Assembly: GCA_003990765.1 (NCBI GenBank)
Contig: RBNJ01000007.1
Span: 1 to 64,000, forward strand
Origin: Jimgerdemannia flammicorona
Lineage: Eukaryota
Direction of reading: 5' to 3'
DNA: 64,000 nt
A program made the translations under genes and the position numbers. The notes below the pieces were generated by a model. It was given only the letters and a program-made list of their open reading frames with translations. It ran no database searches and was not told where the DNA came from. Below, one piece after another: positions 58,116 to 64,000 of the stretch (position 1 is the first letter of the stretch; every line of letters begins with the position of its first letter).

Positions 58116-61024
58116 ATGTCCGCAGAATATCAACAGGCTGCCATCCTTCCACTACCAACAAATCAGTTCTTCGTGATAGAGTACCCAGGCTATGTCAAGA
58201 ACATTGACAAGGTCATGCGCACCCTGGGTGGCCAACATGCTCTTAATAAGGTAACATACCAGTCCAATCAATTCACCCCACCATCGGTCTTGAGATATGG
58301 ATCCTCACGAATGCACTTTGGATGAAAGGCTATTAATGAAGATCGAGGTCTTCTAGAGCTTAGTTACCGGCCGGGAGACCCATTCTCGCACCCCATTAGC
58401 GGTGACGTTGTCTCAACCTCGAACCTACTACTCAAGGTGACCCGGCGACGGAAAAAGAACACGACAAACATGGAGATGGATCAACCGGGGAACGATTTGG
58501 ACATGGAAGAGGAAGACGAGGAGGATTCTGGAAATTTTAAGGCCGAGATCATTGGTCTCATTACGAAGACATGCAGGTTTCGAGGTGTGTTCTCGGAGTA
58601 TTTTTACTGGCCTTGCCCTCTGCTACATTTTCGCCTTGCGTTCGGCAATATTCCTCATTCAATGACTGACTAATGAACCCCATTCGCGTTCCTGATTCAT
58701 AGGAATGGCTGATTATCAATACATCGTTAACCCTACCGATTCAATTCCCAAACTGCGCCGCGCCATGCAAACTGGCGATAGTACGTCCCTAGCTCCTTTC
58801 ATTCTTTAGATTATCGCCCATGATACCATGGATGTCTTATTCGGGCCATTACACTCTGTCGTCCACCAGTCGAAACTATTACATCCTTCCGTCTCTCCAA
58901 CGACGACGAGGACCACGATAACCCACGCAACATTCCGCCTCCTTCGTTCTCCAGGATCGAAACCCCTATGAACTACAGGTTCGTTTTGCAACTTAAACAG
59001 TATTGTTAATTAAAAAAAAAGTACCGTTATTTAGGCTTCATTATCTTTCTCTCTCTCTCTCTCTTCCTAGCTATCGCCAGAACACCGCCGTCGTCAAAGT
59101 CAAGATTCAGAGAGGCGACGGGCAGGTGCGTGGTTCAAAGTCTGATCAAGTCATTAATGCAAGTTGAATAGTGGCTGATTGCACAATCACTCTCTGATTT
59201 ATCCGTGACCTCCTTGGGCCGCTTTTCTTTCAATTTCCCGAATACAGCCCCCTGTAATCAAGCTTATCAACCGTAGCAGAGGAGCGAAATTCTTGGTAGT
59301 GTCCATCGACCACAACACAAAAGATATCCTTTCTTTAGTCTTATGTGTTCCGGTGAGAGTGAATCTGAAGGTTCTGCCCACCTTCACCTCGGTTTTCCTT
59401 GACGAATGTGAACACATGTCCCCACCGCTCCGCCGACAGATATATCGAAGCCTCGGGAGGGCTTACTGCCCACGATTCTACAGCATTTCAAAGACGTGAG
59501 TGATTGTAGTGATGAAACCTGACAGTCACGCGTTTTTAATGACCTTCAAGATTGAGGTATCTTTTCGCCTTTGACGCAATCCTCAGCTGTTTGAGAGGCG
59601 GCCCATCTGGACCAGGCTTGCGCTGCATAATAATTTGCCTCCAGAAGCTCGGCCACACATTAAGAGGTGAGATGGTGATCCTTGCTGACATCTAGATTAT
59701 GTTTGTTTACATTCTTCCCTTTTTGTTTATGTGCTTAACATTTCCATTCGCCTAGGCTTCTCCCTCTGGTGGCTTATCTGATGGTGAGCGGTGCCTGGCG
59801 TGATTGCTGGATCAAGTACGGCGTCGACCCAAGGAAAGATCGCGAATTGCGGTTGTATGTAGAATTCTCACGTTTTCGTTGTCGCCATCACATCTGTCAT
59901 GCCGTAGTATGTGAGGTTCTTGTTCAGAGGTACAATATATCTCAAGATCACATATTGATCCTTTCACCCCATCTGGCCTAGCTACCAACTTCTTGACGTC
60001 CGCAGCACAGCCAAACCGCGTTCTTTTGCTCGTGCGAAACGTACGACCCACGTGCGACCCGACCCACTGATTGGGCAAGAGGTGGCTGCGATGGAAGGTG
60101 ATAGCGAGGAGGAATCGTCCGTCAAACGGTTCGTTTCTCTTACCATCTGTTCTTCTCCCTGAAGGTTTTAGTTGCTCACAACTGTTGTATTAAACAGATT
60201 TCCGCCCGACCTGTCGCACATGTTCGATGGCAAGACAAAGCCTCGCGATACAGGCATTTTTCAGATGTGCGATGTCACCGATCCGCAATTGCGGCCGTTA
60301 ATTGAGACGAAGGACTATTTGAGGCCGATATGTAATGTGAGTTTCTGTCCAGGTTTGACTCAGGTACTAGGATCATCTCTCTCTCATGCCAGATTCTTGC
60401 GTTGGGTTCTGACTTCCTTTCTTTCTATCGTTTCGTAGAAAGAGGACGGCTGGTACGACCACTCGATCGTGCACCGCCTCCGGCGCGTCATCCGCCGTAA
60501 GTTCACCGAGCTCCACAACGGTCATGTACCCCAGGAACAGGATTATCACAAACTCGTGGAGGGTTTGGATGCCGGAGAGAACGAGGAAGAGGAGGAAAAT
60601 GCCCCGGGCTTGGAAGAGACGGCCGGGACTACGGCAAAAGCAGGCAAGGAAAAGGATGGGGTTTCTGGGAAGGTGAGCAGGTTGATCTGGTATTGCGGTA
60701 TCTATAATGCTACGTTTTGGTTGTGGCTCCCTTTTGATATTTTCTTTCCCGAATTTAATCTGCGGTATCCTTTTATAACCAGGTCGAAGAGCTCATGCGT
60801 AACCTACAACACGCCCAACAACAGGCGAAGGACTTCGATGGTATAGCTGGCTTTGTGTGTGTGTGTGTGTTGCTTTAGTGGTGTTCATTGTTATCTGATG
60901 CTCGGATTTCATTCCTTTGAATGGTTTAGGAGAATTTGAGCAAGAGTTTCCGATTGAGGAGGTGGAGGAATACGAGGATGTATTCGGCGAAGACGAAGAC
61001 GAAGACGAAGAAGCGGAAGAATGA
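58116..61024 (+). CDS. TFC1: TFIIIC subunit Tfc1/tau95 (GTF3C5), multi-exon
   Basis: IEYPGYVKNIDKVMRTLGG, RPGDPFSHPI, NLLLKV, FRGMADYQY, PPPSFS, LFERRPIWTR, GAWRDCWIKYGVDPR, QMCDVTDP, DGWY and an acidic tail. Confidence 0.9.
59324..59415 (+). other. U12-type AT-AC intron in TFC1
   Basis: 5' ATATCCTTT, branch TTTTCCTTGAC (59393-59403), 3' CAC. Removal restores the frame HNTK-D-VPTAPP...FKD-LFERRPIW. Confidence 0.9.
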
Positions 61025-61253
61025 GCGCGTTGGACGACATATAGTATTGCGAACTCGGTATTCCGAGGACTAATGTAGAGAGTACGTGTACATAGATCAC
61101 ATGTGAATAGGAAATGAAAAGATTGCTGTTCCTTGGATTGAAGGAATCTGTTATTGTAAACGATTGAATGTTGAAAGCTCTTACATATATTGGATAAAAT
61201 ACAATTACAGAAAACCGAGCAAAGAACATAAAAATCTCTTTTTATTTTCATAA

Positions 61254-62246
61254 TTACATTCCACCGATAATCCTCCTGCTGCCTTCCTCTCTAACTGTCC
61301 TTACCATCTTTTCCACTGTCTCGAGATCGCCCTCGCCGCCTCGATAATCCAACCAGAACCTCGTCTGGCCGATCCGATCCTGTCCCTCCTTCTCGAAGGC
61401 CTTACGCTTCACGCGCCATGTGAGGAACATATCCTTGCTGGTTGGCCTGAGGTCCCTCAGCTGCAATGTCGTGTGCACCGGCCGCGCGAGCAGATTAAGC
61501 GTCTCGAGCGTGACGGTCGTGCTGGGCGTGATAGCCGTAGGGCGTGGGGTGGTAGTGGAAAGTGGCGTGTCGCTGCGAGCGGCCGGCGAGGTGTCGGTGT
61601 GGAGGTACAGGTGGGTGATGTAAGGAGAAACAAAGTACTGCAGGAAAGCGGTAGAGCACGAGCTAGCGACCAGGGCTGCAACAAGATGGAGTAAGATGAC
61701 GTGGCGAATGATGGATTCTGGAGATTGAGATCATGTTGCATAAGGAGCGATTGCTACGATTGAAACAGGCGGGACATCGAAGAGGTGGCGAGAGGTAATG
61801 AAATGGATCAGGCTTACCACCAAGGAACATATATCCACCGATGTCCGTGGCCTGAACTACGCAAAAGAATGCCGAATGTCGAGAGAAAATGTGAATGGAG
61901 GCGAACACGGCTGCGTAGCAAATGTATGTCTTTCTGCCCATGTGGATACGTACTAGCTGGGGACTCCCATAAGTACCATAACACAGGAGATGAAGTCAAT
62001 GACACCTAGAAAACGGATTCAGCGATCAAAATAATGACATGGCCGAGAACAAGCGATCCAAACATAATCGAGGCATATGCGACCGAGTACCCCCAAAGTG
62101 CTGATCGAGAACGCCTTCAGTATGCGAACGGTGATGGCATTTGGTGCGGTATATATTAGGCGAGGCTCTCCTGATTTCGAAACGGCACGATGAAGGTAGC
62201 GGAAGTGAAGTGGCGGGTGGTTTGTCAGGGTTCGAAGTAGCAGCAT
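61254..62246 (-). CDS. TMEM70-family mitochondrial membrane protein (multi-exon; internal boundaries approximate)
   Basis: Basic presequence-like N-terminus, RLIYTAPNAITVRILKAFSIST, two hydrophobic segments, FLQYFVSPYITHLY, TLETLNLL, MFLTW. Confidence 0.7.
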
Positions 62247-62314
62247 CCTGAAGAGAACAAGCGTCGAAAGCTTCAGCCACGTGATGATAATTTTGGGGGC
62301 TTTTCTCACGTGTA

Positions 62315-62738
62315 CAGTCTGGCGAATCTATAAACCACACCACGCGACTAAATAGTGTGGCTGCCGCCAAAATCCTGGGTCATGGATACGTCATCAAAAT
62401 AGTCATGTGCTTGTCAATGATTGGGTAAAATAATACTTATGTCACTAAAATCATTGGTTTATATAATTCGATACTTATTAAGGCAAATCCAGTACACTAA
62501 AGAATATTAAATTTGGATGAATTAATTCAATTCGTTTGGGAGCACTAGTGCCAAATTTTGACTCAACATAATAAAAATTCTTTTTTTTAACCTTATACAT
62601 AGAGAGACATAAATAATGATTCTAACTCTGTCAAGTTGTAGTAAAATCAAGCAGAGAATCATTCTACAGAATTAGTATTTTTAATATATTTTTCAAAGTT
62701 CACCAAAATTTATTGAGGTTTATAGATTCGCCGGACTG
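62315..62738. mobile_element. MITE, Tc1/mariner-pogo type
   Basis: 22-bp TIRs CAGTCTGGCGAATCTATAAACC (62315-62336) and GGTTTATAGATTCGCCGGACTG (62717-62738), one mismatch. TA on both flanks. AT-rich non-coding interior. Confidence 0.85.
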
Positions 62739-63228
62739 TACTCTACATCCAGTCGCTATACTTCCAAGTTCGAGGGACCATGACACCCTCGGACTCGCTA
62801 AGCTGACGGCCCTTATAATCCAAGCCCATGAAATCGAGGCCTTGATTGAGGCAGGAAATGAGAAGGTTATGTCCGAGTTCGTGGCTGATATGTGATAAGT
62901 GAAGCCGAGAATGAGGAAGGAGATTGAGCAGCATGGGTCATATGAGATGGTAATCGCGACTGGCGCAGGACGGGCTTTAATTGATGCGTACTGTCTTTCG
63001 GAATTGAATATCATCGGATGATCGTGATAGATTCGGCTTCACCCGAAATCACGAAAGAAATATATCCGTGCCGAAGAAACGGCCACTGAAGAAACCTTTA
63101 CACATTCACACTTGCAAGGCAAATGAATATTGCTACATTGAAAGTGATAAAGCTCTTCGACGCATGTATTATTAAATCTATGTTCACTTATGACATTGCA
63201 GATGCAGATATTCATAAGAATATAAAAC

Positions 63229-64000
63229 ATGGGGTTTTTCAGTAAGACAAAAACCAGCTTGACGTCTTCTTCCTACAAAATATTGAATCCAATCATGCCT
63301 TCCTCTTCCTCCATTCAAAAATTGTTCAACACAAGCGGGGTCTCTCTCTCGGGCCCCCCATGGCTTCGCTTTCCTTATCTTCTCTTCTTCTTGATCCTGC
63401 TCTCCTCTTATCAATCCTTCGTCGAGGCCACCCTAGCAGAAACTCATATTGTGCAAATCCACCCACGCTACTATGAACCCCATCTCCAGTGGCTGATAGA
63501 CGATGATTCCTTCTCCCTCTCGTCCGAAGATCATCACTACGCCATCGGTGATGACTTTCGCGCCTACAGCACCGCCTTGACTGGAGATCAAATCGAGATG
63601 CTCAAGAAGAGGCCGGATGTGGTCGAGGTGTGGGAGGATGGGGAATTTACGGTTCACTTTGAGGAGGATACCGAAATGGATAAGGCAACAGGGAATGCGC
63701 ATTGGAAACGAAGAAAAAATGACGATGACTATGAAATGCAAAGCGGTGCATCATGGGTAAGTTTTGATATTGGTAGTGTCGTCATTATCTCTGCCCTGCA
63801 AACAACAATGCCACTCACAATCCGTCCGCCCGCAGAATCTTGTTCGCATCGCGCAAAGATACCTTCCCCTATCTGAGTTCTACACACTGCCGAAATCGGC
63901 CGGAAGAGGAGTAGATGTGTATGTGTTAGACAGGTGCGTTTTTGGCATGTCTCTGTTCCTCTTGATCAATTCATGCGACATATGGTCGTTCGCGGGACAA
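63229..64000 (+). CDS. Subtilisin-like S8 protease (proteinase K/cerevisin type), 5' part; start could be 63229 or 63295
   Basis: Hydrophobic signal/anchor and I9 propeptide (FRAYS...LKKRPDVVEVWED). QSGASW is spliced to NLVRIAQ...AGRGVDVYVLD (catalytic Asp motif). Runs off the window. Confidence 0.85.

Noticed and set aside
60764-60775. GTATCCTTTT resembling a second U12 donor in TFC1
   Set aside because: It lies just before the AG acceptor of an ordinary GT-AG intron that already keeps the frame.
62745-63100. Coding-like fragment right of the MITE
   Set aside because: Short, with no start or splice support and no recognised domain.

Overview
Eukaryotic, intron-rich DNA, most likely from an early-diverging fungus (Mucoromycota-like; this is inference). 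The window has two compartments. (1) About 1-44480 is an AT-rich, CpG-starved nest of transposons that can be unpicked by target-site duplications. It holds two hAT elements, two copies of a non-autonomous dUTPase-bearing chromovirus-derived LTR element (family A), and a related integrase/chromodomain element with a longer, ORF-containing LTR. It also holds a second Ty3/gypsy family (B: one element plus a solo LTR) with dUTPase and an LTR-encoded ORF, and a full-length L1/Tx1-type LINE inserted at the LTR-B TATA-like box. Decay is overwhelmingly C>T/G>A. The hAT element at 19300-43036 encloses a decayed gene with HxD...H 2OG-Fe(II) dioxygenase (TET/JBP-like) motifs, the most novel-looking system here. 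(2) About 44480-64000 holds ordinary housekeeping genes: AMD1, intronless HEM2, UFD1, PNP1, TFC1/GTF3C5 (with an AT-AC U12-type intron), a TMEM70-like gene with a MITE upstream, and the start of a subtilisin. All calls are from reading the sequence by eye; no database searches were run.
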